Below are positions 54,223-64,000 of a DNA stretch of 64,000 nt, piece after piece. This stretch comes from Okamejei kenojei (lineage: Eukaryota), in NCBI GenBank assembly GCA_035221665.1, contig CM069141.1, positions 40,858,001-40,922,000 of the forward strand, written 5' to 3'. A model generated the notes under the pieces. It saw nothing but the letters and a program-made list of their open reading frames with translations. It ran no database searches and was not told where the DNA came from. The position numbers and the translations under genes are program-made. Every line of letters begins with the position of its first letter. The stretch's first letter is position 1.

Positions 54223-54297
54223 TCCTCGTTAGTATAGTGATTAGTATCACCGCCTGTCACGCGGGAGATGGGGGTTCAATTCGCCAACGAGGATCCA
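54223..54297 (+). tRNA. tRNA-Asp(GTC)-derived copy (probably a pseudogene) followed by CCA, inside the BEL element
   Basis: TCCTCGTTAGTATAGTGATTAGTATCACCGCCTGTCACGCGGGAGATGGGGGTTCAATTCGCCAACGAGGAT-CCA aligns without gaps to vertebrate tRNA-Asp-GTC with about 10 substitutions; anticodon GTC is retained. Confidence 0.8.
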
Positions 54298-54834
54298 CAG
54301 GGTTCAATTTCCTGACTTTTTGTTTTTGATATATGTTAAGGCTACTTTTTTGATGTTTATTAATAATTGCCTCATTATAGTCTCAAAACAGTTAGGGGCC
54401 AGCATTTAGTGGCCATTTGGCTTGTTTTGTGTGTCATTGATGATGGTATGTTTCTTTATATTTTAGACTGCCCGTTATATTGTGTGTGGGATTTATGACA
54501 TATTTTTGGGCGTGTTTGGGGCTAAGTTAATTGCGCAGAAGCTTCGTTTTTAGTTTAGTTTTGAACCAGCATAGAGAAGGTTTACCCTTTGACCATGCGA
54601 AGTGTAACGGAGACACGAAGAGTTTTCTAATGTTTAATGCAATAAGCGGGATTTCGATGAAGATTATAGTAACGAGTCGGAAGAAGTTTGGATGTACCTC
54701 ATTGTTTTCATCAACAATGAAGAATTTATTCATCAAATGACTGTGTTTTGAAGACTTATCTATGAAGAAGCTCTGAAGGTCTCTGACGGTGAACTCGCAT
54801 GTGTATAAAAGACATTCCCCTTAAGCATGCTGTC

Positions 54835-56780
54835 CATTTAGCGGCTAGAGGGAGTAATCTCTTGAACGATATAAAAATCTGCCGCTACAGTTGGTACTGA
54901 GAATGGCAAAAGCACGTAGATTAGCTGGTAAATTGGGCTGAGAAATGGCAGAAGGAATCCAAACCCAATAAGTGTGAATTGGTGCATTTTAGGTCTAATA
55001 TGGGTAGGATATGCACAATGAACAGTGAAACCTTGTAGGTATTGCAAAACAGAAGGAATTTGGTGCACAAGTCCATTGAAGAATGGTGGTAGAAAAGGTG
55101 AATAGGGTAATGAAGAAGGGGTACAGGATGCTAGCCTTCATTACTCAGGGCACAGAAGAGTGTGAAGTTCATGGTACAAATTTGTAAAACATTTATTATG
55201 TTACATCTAGAGTACTGTTTGCACTTCTAGTGTCACACTATAGGAAGAATATGAATGCACTGCAGAGGGTGTGGAGAAGGATTTGTAAGGATGTGGCTGG
55301 CATAGGACATTTCAATTCTAAGAGAGTGGGTAGGTTCGGTTTGATTTCCCTGAAGTGCAGAAGATTGTGAGAGACTTGACGGAGATCTGCAGACTGAAAG
55401 ATAAGTAGATGTAAGTATGTTACAATACTTACCTTGAGCGGCGCTGCAGTTCTGCCACTTCTCATGTGCGCGACTTTGGCGCCTTTCAGAGGGGGGCGGG
55501 TTTAAAGTGCCGTTTTTCTCCAGACAGTTCAAGTCGATCCATCTCAAGGGATTTCGTCGCTAAAGAGAAATTGCTCCGACATTGATTTATGAAGGTATTT
55601 TTAAACTACGCTAGATCAGTTATCAGCTAGAGTAATTTAAAAATAATCTTCTAAAGCCGTGAGCGCCGACAACGGGAAGGATTTTACGCATGGGAGAAAA
55701 GAAAGTACACAGTTTATTTTTACATTAAAACGTGTTTTTTAGGAAGCATTTAATCAAATTTTCATGTTTTCAATAAAAAAAAAGAACCGGCAGTGTTTTT
55801 CCTGCCAACTGTGGGTTAAATTCACCGCAAACCGCAACGTTCCAATCCACCGCATTCCACCGAATTAAACACTAAATTCCTTCCATTTGGCCTATAAATA
55901 CATGAAAATGAGATTAAAAAATCATGTTATATTGTGAATTATTGTGTGAACGTTATTTGGACACTTAGGCAATTTAAAAATGTTTATCTTGTCTTAAGAA
56001 ATGGATAGATGTTTAGATCTAGTAATTGAATTTTGTAATTAGCTACAATTAGGTAACTAACTAATGATATGCTTTAATTTCAGGTCATCCAAGTAAGATT
56101 GTTTCAGAATGCTTCAATCTATAATAACTGAAAATGTCATTGAGTTATCTTAATTTTTAAGAAAGTTATGGGCTTTTGACTGTCCTAGATCACAGCTTTT
56201 GTGTTAAGTCAATGGAAAGGCAATGGGGAACAAGATGCTAATTTCCGAGTATGAAAATGGCCATACCTTTTTTAATACTGAAGATATGAAAGTCAATTAG
56301 ATGTCAAATTAAACTTCTTTTCATGCTTTATCTGATGGGATAAATTGCAGACTTGCTTTTTAAAAATCTCAAAATGTTGTAACATTGCTAGTAGATGGTA
56401 AGAAACTTTTCACAATAACAATGAAGTTAAAAAAACAGATGTCATAGGTATTTTAAGGTGAGGAGTGTGAGGCTTAAAGGGTGTCTAATGAAAATGTTTT
56501 GTTTATCCCAGATAGATTTCATTGTACCTGTACCTCATCATACTTGTGCAAGTGACAATAAATCTGACTTGAATGTGGTTGGAATCTGAAACACACAGCC
56601 TGCAGCGGTTGTGAAAGCAGGTATTCTCACAGCATTTAAAAGGTATCTGGATGATCACTTGAATTGCTAAGGCACATAAGACTATGCACCAAATGGTGAT
56701 TGGTGCAGATGGGTACTTGCAGGTTGGTATGGGGAGGGGAGGCTGAGGGGCTGTTTTCTGTGACTCTATTGCCCTATGAT
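54835..56780 (+). mobile_element. Old CR1 fragment interrupted by a TIR element
   Basis: CR1 RT C-terminal pattern at 54835-55410, resuming at 56391. Confidence 0.6.
55412..56390. mobile_element. Non-autonomous DNA transposon, superfamily unassigned
   Basis: Imperfect TIRs TAAGTATGTTACAA / TTGTAACATTGCTA; duplicated GTAGATG at 55405-55411 and 56391-56397. Confidence 0.65.
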
Positions 56781-57179
56781 ACAGACAGAAAGAAAGCACA
56801 GGCAACAATATGCCAAGGTGGGAAATGTAGTATTGTTATTTACCTAGTCCAGGGCCTGGATGAATCAATGCAGAAGCCACAGACAGAAAAGATGGTGTGG
56901 GAATGAGATGGCACATTAAAGTACCTTTTACTTCATTTCCTTAATTTCATTTGACTGATTGAAAATACTTCATAACTTTGTATAACTAAGGTATACAGTA
57001 ACAGTCTTGGAGCAATGCAGTACAGAACATCAGCAATATTTTGTCTAATCACCACTTTCGGGCTACCAAATCTTTGGATAAATTATATCTTGAGTCAAAC
57101 CATTACATCTCAGCCAATCATAGTCATTGATTCAATGCTAACATTTCATTCTAATACAGGAGTATTTGTTTAATGAGCA

Positions 57180-58330
57180 TAATTAGGCCATTCGCACCAT
57201 CGAGAGTACTCCGTCATTCAAACATGGCTGATCTATCTTTCCCTTTCAACCCCATTCTCCTGCCTTTACCTAATAACATCCTTACTAGTCAAGAATGTGG
57301 CAATCTCAGGTATAAAAATACCCAATGACTTGGCCGTCTGTGGCAGTCAATTCCACAGATTCACCTCTCTGACTAAAGAAATTCCTCCTCATTCCCTTTC
57401 CAAATGTACATCCTTTTATTCTGAGACTCTCCCTCTAGTGGAAACATCCTCGTCACATCCACTCTATCTAGACATTTCATTATAGAATAGAATAGAATGC
57501 CCTTTATTGTAATTCAAACAGCTTGGCTTGAACGAAATTGCATTTTCTACAGTCTTAGCAATTACAACAACAAAAAAGACCCACACTTAACACACTTTAC
57601 ACAAGCATCCATCAGTGAATCTCCAACACCACCTCACTGTGATGGAAGGCAAAAGTCTTATCTCTTCCCTTATTCGGTAAGTTTCAATGAGGGCTCCCTT
57701 CATCCTTCCAACCTCTACGAGTATAGGCCCAAATTCGTTACATAGAACCAAATCTAGAGTTGCCTTTTCCCCAACAGGCTCAACTACCAGCTTCTCTGTT
57801 CGCTCGCACGTCAGACGACGTATAGCTCGCTGTTGGCTTCTGTTGTCATCGAACATGTTGGCAGAATTGGTCGCCCGACGGGTCACAGAGTGCATCGTGT
57901 CAACGTTTCCGGGGATTGCCATGAGGAGGCTCCTGTCATGATCCCCACCAGCTTGTCTGAGAAGCCATCTCATCGGCACTCTACAAATTCCTTCTCTTCG
58001 GATCCAATACCAACTTGATTCCCCCAGTCTACCTGCACATTGAAATCCCCCATGATCTCTGTAGCATCATCTTTCTTTCATGCCGTTTGTATCTTCTGAT
58101 GAAATTTGTATGCTACATCCAAGCTAATGTTTGGAGGCCTGTATATAACTCACATCAGGGTCTTTTTACCCTTGCAGTTTCTTTGCTCTACCCATAAGGA
58201 TTCTTAATCTTCTAATCCTATGTCATCTCTTGCTAAGAACTGAATTTCATTCCTTACCAGCAGAGCTACCCCACCCCCTCTGCCACCTGTCTGTCTTTTC
58301 AATAGGATTTATAACCTTGGGTATTCATCT
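57180..58330 (-). mobile_element. CR1 fragments (3' end and APE region) with small inserts
   Basis: CR1 3' UTR pattern; APE remnant EKATLDLVLCNE on the minus strand; (TAGAA)n LINE tail at ~57483. Confidence 0.65.
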
Positions 58331-58464
58331 CAAGGCTCTAATCCTCTGAATCTCAGTTAAACCTTTTAAAAATTATACTAAAAGGGGAAATGCCAAAATA
58401 ACTTAGCTGATTAGGGAGTCAGGGGTCCTGCAGTAAAGTTACTGGACTAGCAGACAAACTTCAA

Positions 58465-58672
58465 GTCCACAGGACTAACTAGCGGAAGTGTTCATGGACA
58501 CCGTTAATCTCTCCCTACTCCATGCTGAGGTACCCACTTGCTTCAAGACGACCACTATCATCCCGGTGCCAAAGAAAAGCAAGACCTTATGTCTCAGTGA
58601 CTACCATCCGGTGGTGATATCCACCATCATGAAATGCTTTGAGAGACTAGTTATAGAATGCATTAAATCCAT
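58465..58672 (+). mobile_element. Rex1/Babar RT fragment
   Basis: [24 protein letters not shown]...[13 protein letters not shown]. Confidence 0.75.
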
Positions 58673-59748
58673 TTAAACTAAACTAAACTACAGGTTGGGT
58701 TGGCTAATCACATCCAAATCTTGCGAATAAATAAAACAAAATATATGTGGAGAGTGAAACTCTCTTATTCTAGGTCAACTCTGTTTATGAAACCTAAAGC
58801 ATTGATTTTATTATACCGAGTTCTTTATTTCCTATAATTTCTGCAGCACCATGAGTAGACCTGGGTGGTATGACATTGCAAAAATTACACCAGGATCGAT
58901 ATTTAATACATTTTAGCTTTTCAAAGACTGGAAGATTTTAAAAGCAGAATTTAGTTCAAGGCAACTGGCTGGAAATACAATTTTGAGTGCCCACACTAAC
59001 CATTCAGCATTGTAGTGACTGTCCCTTTAGTTCGCCGCTGATATTGTGGAAATTCATTTATCACATGCGATTAAGAAAGACTATCTGAACACTCCACCTG
59101 AAGAAAAAATTGCTCTGCACTCATGTGATTACTGTGCAGAGGGATGAAGCAGAGGAAAAGAAAAAAACACATAAAATGACAAGATGTTAAACTGTTATGC
59201 AGAAAATTGTAACACTTTTGATTTATTCATAATTCACTGCCTGTGACATCTGCTTTACAATAACTTATCTGATGAACAGAATGTGGTCTTTACACCTCAG
59301 CACATTGAAGTTTCCAATACCAGATGTCACAGATATTTACTGCCCATTTTATTCATTTCAGTTTAGAATATTATTCAATTGAGCATTTAGCTGCTCTATA
59401 TGCAATATTTAAGTGTAACAGCTCTAGGTAAGGTAATGTTTAAGGAGGCTTAAACTAGTTGCAAACTGCTGGATTCACTCTATCAAAGGTGGATATACCA
59501 TTCTGCTTTATTAAAAATGCATTACGTTTTGAATAAAGGGAAATATTATAATTAATCATATCTCTTTTGATGCTTTTCTTTGTGTAGTGAGGATATTCAT
59601 CTGGACTTGCATTTCACCATTTGCAGCCTTTTAGTTTTTCTATGCCATAATCTGTCTCCTTTGTTGCCAGCTTAGGATAGAGTGCAGAAACAAGGAACTG
59701 CAGGTTCTGGTTTGCAAAATTATACACAAAATGCTGAAGTAACTCAAT

Positions 59749-61270
59749 TACCATCTATGAGGTCACTTTATCCCATGCCAACCAGCTGGAGAGACTGGTG
59801 AACTCACAAGTGAGGAAGTGGCTTGGGCTACCGAGATGCCTCAGCAGCATATGGGAATGGAGCCCTCTCACTGCCAGTCTCAAGCCTGGTGGAGGAGTAC
59901 AAATGTGCCAAAGTGAGGCTGGACATGACACTAACAGAATCCCGGAACCCAATAATAAGAGGTGTTGCTCCAACCCTAGCAACACATAGGAAATGGATTC
60001 TAGCAGCAGTGGTACTGGACGCAAAATCCGCCCTCCAACACCGGGACATAGTGGGCCATGTCCAACAAGGCCGAGGGGGCTTTGGCCTGGGAGCAATGAA
60101 ACCTACCTGGCAAAAGGCTACTCCAACTGAACGTCGGCACCTGGTGGTGGAGGAGGTGCGCCACCAGGAAGAAGCAGCCAGGTGTGCCAAAGCCATATCC
60201 CAAGCCAAACAAGGCCGCTGGATGAAGTGGGATGGCGTTGAGAGGAGGAAGATCACATGGAGAGAGCTGTGGACCATGGAGTCAAATAAGTTGAGATTCA
60301 TTATCAGAGATACATATGACGTCCTTCCCTCTCCCACAAACCTAAATCTTTGGCTGGGAGAGGATCCAGCCTGCCCCCTGTGTGCAGTTCCAGCAAACCT
60401 CAAGCACATCCTGGTCGGTTGTAAGACCAGCCTAACACAAGACAGATACACCTGGTGACACAACCAGGTGCTGAGGTGTTTGGCAGCTGAACTCGAGTGC
60501 TAGAGAGTTACCACCAACGCCATGCCTAGCAATGCCCAGATAACATTCCCGCAAATACCATCCTTCATCCGGGAAGGAGAGAAACGGAGGACTGACCCCT
60601 CGCCTCTCAACTCATGCCCACTGAACGCAGCCAGGGACTGGGAAATGCATGTTGACCAAGGCCAGAGGCTTTCGTTCCCAGTTGAAATCGCAGTTAACAA
60701 CCTGCGACCAGACCTCGTTCTCTGGTCTAACTCCTGTCGCCGTGTTTTCATCATTGAGCTGACGGTCCCATGGAAGGAGGCTGTGGACAAGGCTTATGAA
60801 AGGAAAAGCTTTCATATTCAAACCTTGCAGCAGAGGCAAAGGAGAGAGGTTGGAGGGTAAGGTTGTGTCCAGCGGAGGTGGGGTGCAGGGGCTTTGTTGC
60901 CAGTTCCACCGCAAGGCTCCCGAGGGAAGTAGGAGTCAAAGGGCAGGCACAAAGGAGGGCAATAAACAAACTTGCCAATGCCGCCGAACAGAGCAGTCAC
61001 TGGCTGTGGCTGAAGAGGAAAGATGCTGTCTGGGCTGCCACGTGACCATCTAGAAGCTAGCAATAAGACACACACCCAGGTCTGATCAACCTGTGGTGGG
61101 CCTGCCTCGACTGAGGGTGTCTTGTGATAAAAGGCCGAAACACCCAGTGACGTTGAGGTACACAACTGAAGATGTGTCTGGTTGTTAGCAAAATTCACCT
61201 AGTGGTCATACCCAAGAATGTCAATTGTAGTGAAATCTTTGGGATTGTAACATCCAGTCCTAATAATCAA
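59749..61270 (+). mobile_element. 5'-truncated HERO-like non-LTR retrotransposon (second, divergent subfamily)
   Basis: WLGLPRCLSS, GHVQQGRGGFG, DTYDVLPSPTNL..CPLCAVPANLKHILVGC, RPDLVLWS..IELTVPW, EVGCRGF; ORF ends at 61045; inserted into a PLE-derived repeat with TCAAT on both sides. Confidence 0.88.
61056..61189 (+). ncRNA. Candidate double-pseudoknot hammerhead-core RNA with k-turn (copy 2, best preserved)
   Basis: GUC 61119-61121, CGAAA 61136-61140, CUGAAGA 61166-61172; six helices that covary with copy 1. Confidence 0.7.
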
Positions 61271-62589
61271 TCAATGGGTCAGGCTGCATCTCTGGAGAAC
61301 ATGGATAGACAACATTTTGGGTTGGGACATTTCTTCAGACTGATTAGGCGGTGGTGGGGGTGGGGGAAGAGAAATCCAAAAGAGAGGAGGGGCAGGACAA
61401 AGCCTATCCATGTTCTTTAGAGATGCTGTCCGACCCGCTGGGTTACTCAAGCATTTTTTGTCTTCTAAGGTAGAGTGTTTGTAAAGCAGACCATTAACAG
61501 GAGTTCCACATTTGGACAGGTCCATAAACATTCTCTGATAAATCAGTGCAACACATTGGTATATGTGTGAAAATCAAGTCACTGTGATTGATTAATCTTT
61601 CTGATCAGCTCTCCTCGGGGCAAGTGTAGGAAAATAATTTAACTGACTGCAAAAATCTGTTCTACCACACTCTCTGAAGAATCATTGTAGTCTGCAAACA
61701 TTTTAACATTGGAACATTAATGTGATCTTGTGGAAGATAAAATTCTCAATTTCTGAAGTAGATGCATCCTCAAGATTGGGACCATCAGAAGATGTTAGAT
61801 TCTATAGAGCTAGAAGTAATGTAGCAAAACCTAAGCACTGTGGAAAAAATAAAATTAAATTCTGGTGAAATATGACCATCAGTTAGGCACCAATTGAAGC
61901 AAAAAGATAAAGAGAACAACACTGAATAATTCTGTTGATATTGCTCTTATCTTTTCCCATGTGTGATTTTTAGCAGCAGGTATTGCCTCAGCCTGGCCAA
62001 ATTAACTGTACTTTGCCTTACAACAAAAATATTGTTGCATCGTAATATGTCATTCAACGTAGATGTTGTGACCTATCTGAATTTCAAGTGAGGTACAGGA
62101 AGGTACTAGGAACCATGCGGTTGCAGTTAAAGAATTCTTTCTTTTCTTTAAAAATGGAGGATGACCTGTACCAAAGTGATTCAGTGGGTTCTGAGGTGGC
62201 TGATGTTGGATACTCTGGCCTGGGACAATTGGGACAGGTAGTGTTTGAAGTCATTGTCTGCTGGGTGGTTAAGGAGGTGGTGCACTCTTTTTTCTGTTTT
62301 CACAGGATCATTCATGAGCTCTCAGTGCCTTGGTTGAAGCTCCTTCTCCATTTTGATCCGTCACAAACCAGAGATCTCCACCATCTGGTGTGAATATTAC
62401 TTTTTGTTTTCAAAATTTGGTTTTCAAATTAGGTTTTGAAAAGATTCTAGAAGTGTTGCTTCTATCCCCAGAAACCTCTTGCTATGATGGAATTCTGAAT
62501 AGACTGCCTGTTTCAGGAATCTGTTGGACCCTTCTACATATGAATTACAGTTGAGTTGTAATTAAAACCTGGATACTAGGAAAGCTGTA

Positions 62590-62778
62590 AGATAGACATA
62601 AAATGCTGTAGCAACTCAACAGGACAGGCAGCATCTCTGGAGAGAAGGTATGGGTGATGTTTCGGGTCGAGACATCACCCATTCCTTCTCTCGAGAGATG
62701 CTGCCTGTCCCGCTGAGTTACTCCTGCAGTTTGTGTATATCTTCGATTTAAACCAGCAGCTGCAATTCTTTCCTACAT
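62590..62778. mobile_element. Fold-back (inverted) Penelope-like terminal fragment
   Basis: Arms GGACAGGCAGCATCTCTGGAGAGAAGG..GGGTGATGT / ACATCACCCATTCCTTCTCTCGAGAGATGCTGCCTGTCC. Confidence 0.7.
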
Positions 62779-63079
62779 ATACTAGTAAAGCTGGTCTGGA
62801 AGATGATGCAAGTGCCAGTTTATATATAATGCCTCAGCATATCCCCATTTTGCAGAGAGAGCAGGTGTGGAATCCTTCATGTTCCCTAAGGTTGAAAGAG
62901 TAGGAAAATCAAGAAAAGAAGATCCATTACTCCCTGAAAGTGGCAATGCAAGTAGATGGTAAACAAAAACAAGGCACATGGTTGTGGTTGCTTTCATTGG
63001 TCAAGGCATTGAGCATAAGAGTCAGGAAGTCATGGTGCGGGTTTATAGGACTTTTGTTGGGCTGCATTTGGAGGATTAC

Positions 63080-64000
63080 AAATAGACAATAGACAATAGG
63101 TGCAGGAGTAGGCCATTTGGCACATCGATCAATTTGATCATGGCTGATCATCCCCAACAGTACCCCGTTCCTGCCTTCTCCCCATATCCCCTGACTCTGC
63201 TATTTTTAAGAGCCCTATATAGCTCTCTCTTGAAAGCATCCAGAGAACCTGCCTCCACCACCCTCTGAGGCAGAGAATTCCACAGACTCACCACTCTCTG
63301 TGAGAAAAAGTGTTTCCTCGTCTCCGTTCTAAATTCTAGTGTGGACTGCTTCTTGGACTGCTTCTAGTGTGTCCAAGCCCTTAACAATCTTATATGTTTC
63401 AATGAGATCATCTCTCATCCTTCTAAACTCCAGAGTGTACAAGCCCAGCAGCTCCATTCTCTCAGCACATGACAGTCCTGCCATCCTGGGAATTAACCTT
63501 GTAAACCTACGCTGCAGTCCCTCAATAGCAAGAATGTCCTTCCTCAAATTAGGGGACCAAAACTGCACACAATACTCCAGGTGTTGTCTCACTAGGGCTC
63601 TGTACAACTGCAGAAGGACTTCTTTGCTCCTATATTTGATTGCTCTTGTTATAAAGGCCAACATGCCATTCACTTTCTTCACTGCCTGCTGTACCTGCAT
63701 GCTTACTTTCATAGACTGATGTACAAGGACCCCCAGATCCCGTTGTACTTCCCCTTTTCCCAACCTGACGCCATTTAGATAGTAATCTCCCTTCCTGTTT
63801 TTGCTACCAAAGTGGATAACCTCACATTTATCCGCATTAAACTTCATCTGCCATGCATCTGCCCACTCCCCCAACCTGTCCACGTCAACCTGCATTCTCA
63901 TAGCATCCTCGTCACAGTTCACACTGCCACCCAGCTTTGTGTCATCTGCAAATTTGCTAATGTTACTTTGAATCCCTTCATCCAAATCATTGATGTATAT
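63080..64000 (-). mobile_element. Young CR1 LINE 3' part (continues beyond window)
   Basis: ORF 63329-63985 (ISKFADDTKLGG..KCEVIHFG..LEYCVQFWSP); (CTATTGT)n tail at ~63082-63098. Confidence 0.9.

Larger units (their letters stand above)
50708..54799 (+). mobile_element. Internally deleted BEL/Pao LTR retrotransposon with probable 3' LTR (~54405-54799)
   Basis: Gag IPTYDGDPLRY..ERLRFLVKYTSG; three zinc knuckles (CLLCDEVGHTITWC, CFGCLKKGHMVRDC, CYKCRQYHPEALH); protease AFLDHGS; DLPFK..LPNN; ERALGV; ENPAD; purine tract TTAGGGGCC at ~54392. Confidence 0.82.

Noticed and set aside
59828-60463. 211-aa antisense ORF over HERO copy 2
   Set aside because: Shadow of the sense coding frame; no equivalent long antisense ORF in copy 1.
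61132-61179. Alternative stem II pairing AGGCC with TGTGTCT directly after CUGAAGA
   Set aside because: Requires bulges and is poor in copy 1; the upstream partners give clean, covarying helices in both copies.

Overview
Repeat-rich eukaryotic DNA. The repeat content (CR1/HER1-type LINEs, V-SINE/HE1-type SINEs, Penelope-like fragments, Rex1/Babar LINEs) suggests a cartilaginous fish such as a skate or ray; this is an inference. I could not support any host protein-coding exon, and nearly all listed ORFs are decayed transposon frames or antisense shadows. Main contents: two divergent HERO-like (restriction-like-endonuclease) non-LTR retrotransposons (~2542-6265 and ~59749-61270), a decayed DIRS element with intact termini and ICR (7410-12264), two minisatellite-bearing Helitron-like elements, four PIF/Harbinger-type MITEs, a hAT (CGGBP1/DUF659-like) transposon, a BEL/Pao LTR element carrying a tRNA-Asp copy, many CR1/Rex/PLE/SINE fragments, and a 434-N gap. 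The top finding is in the 3' UTRs of both HERO-like elements. Their sequences are largely different, yet by hand both fold into the same six-helix, doubly pseudoknotted RNA. It contains every hammerhead ribozyme core motif (GUH, GAAA, CUGANGA) in a non-canonical order, plus a kink-turn. I do not recognise this topology from the described hammerhead types I-III. All structures were derived by eye; no folding program or database search was run.
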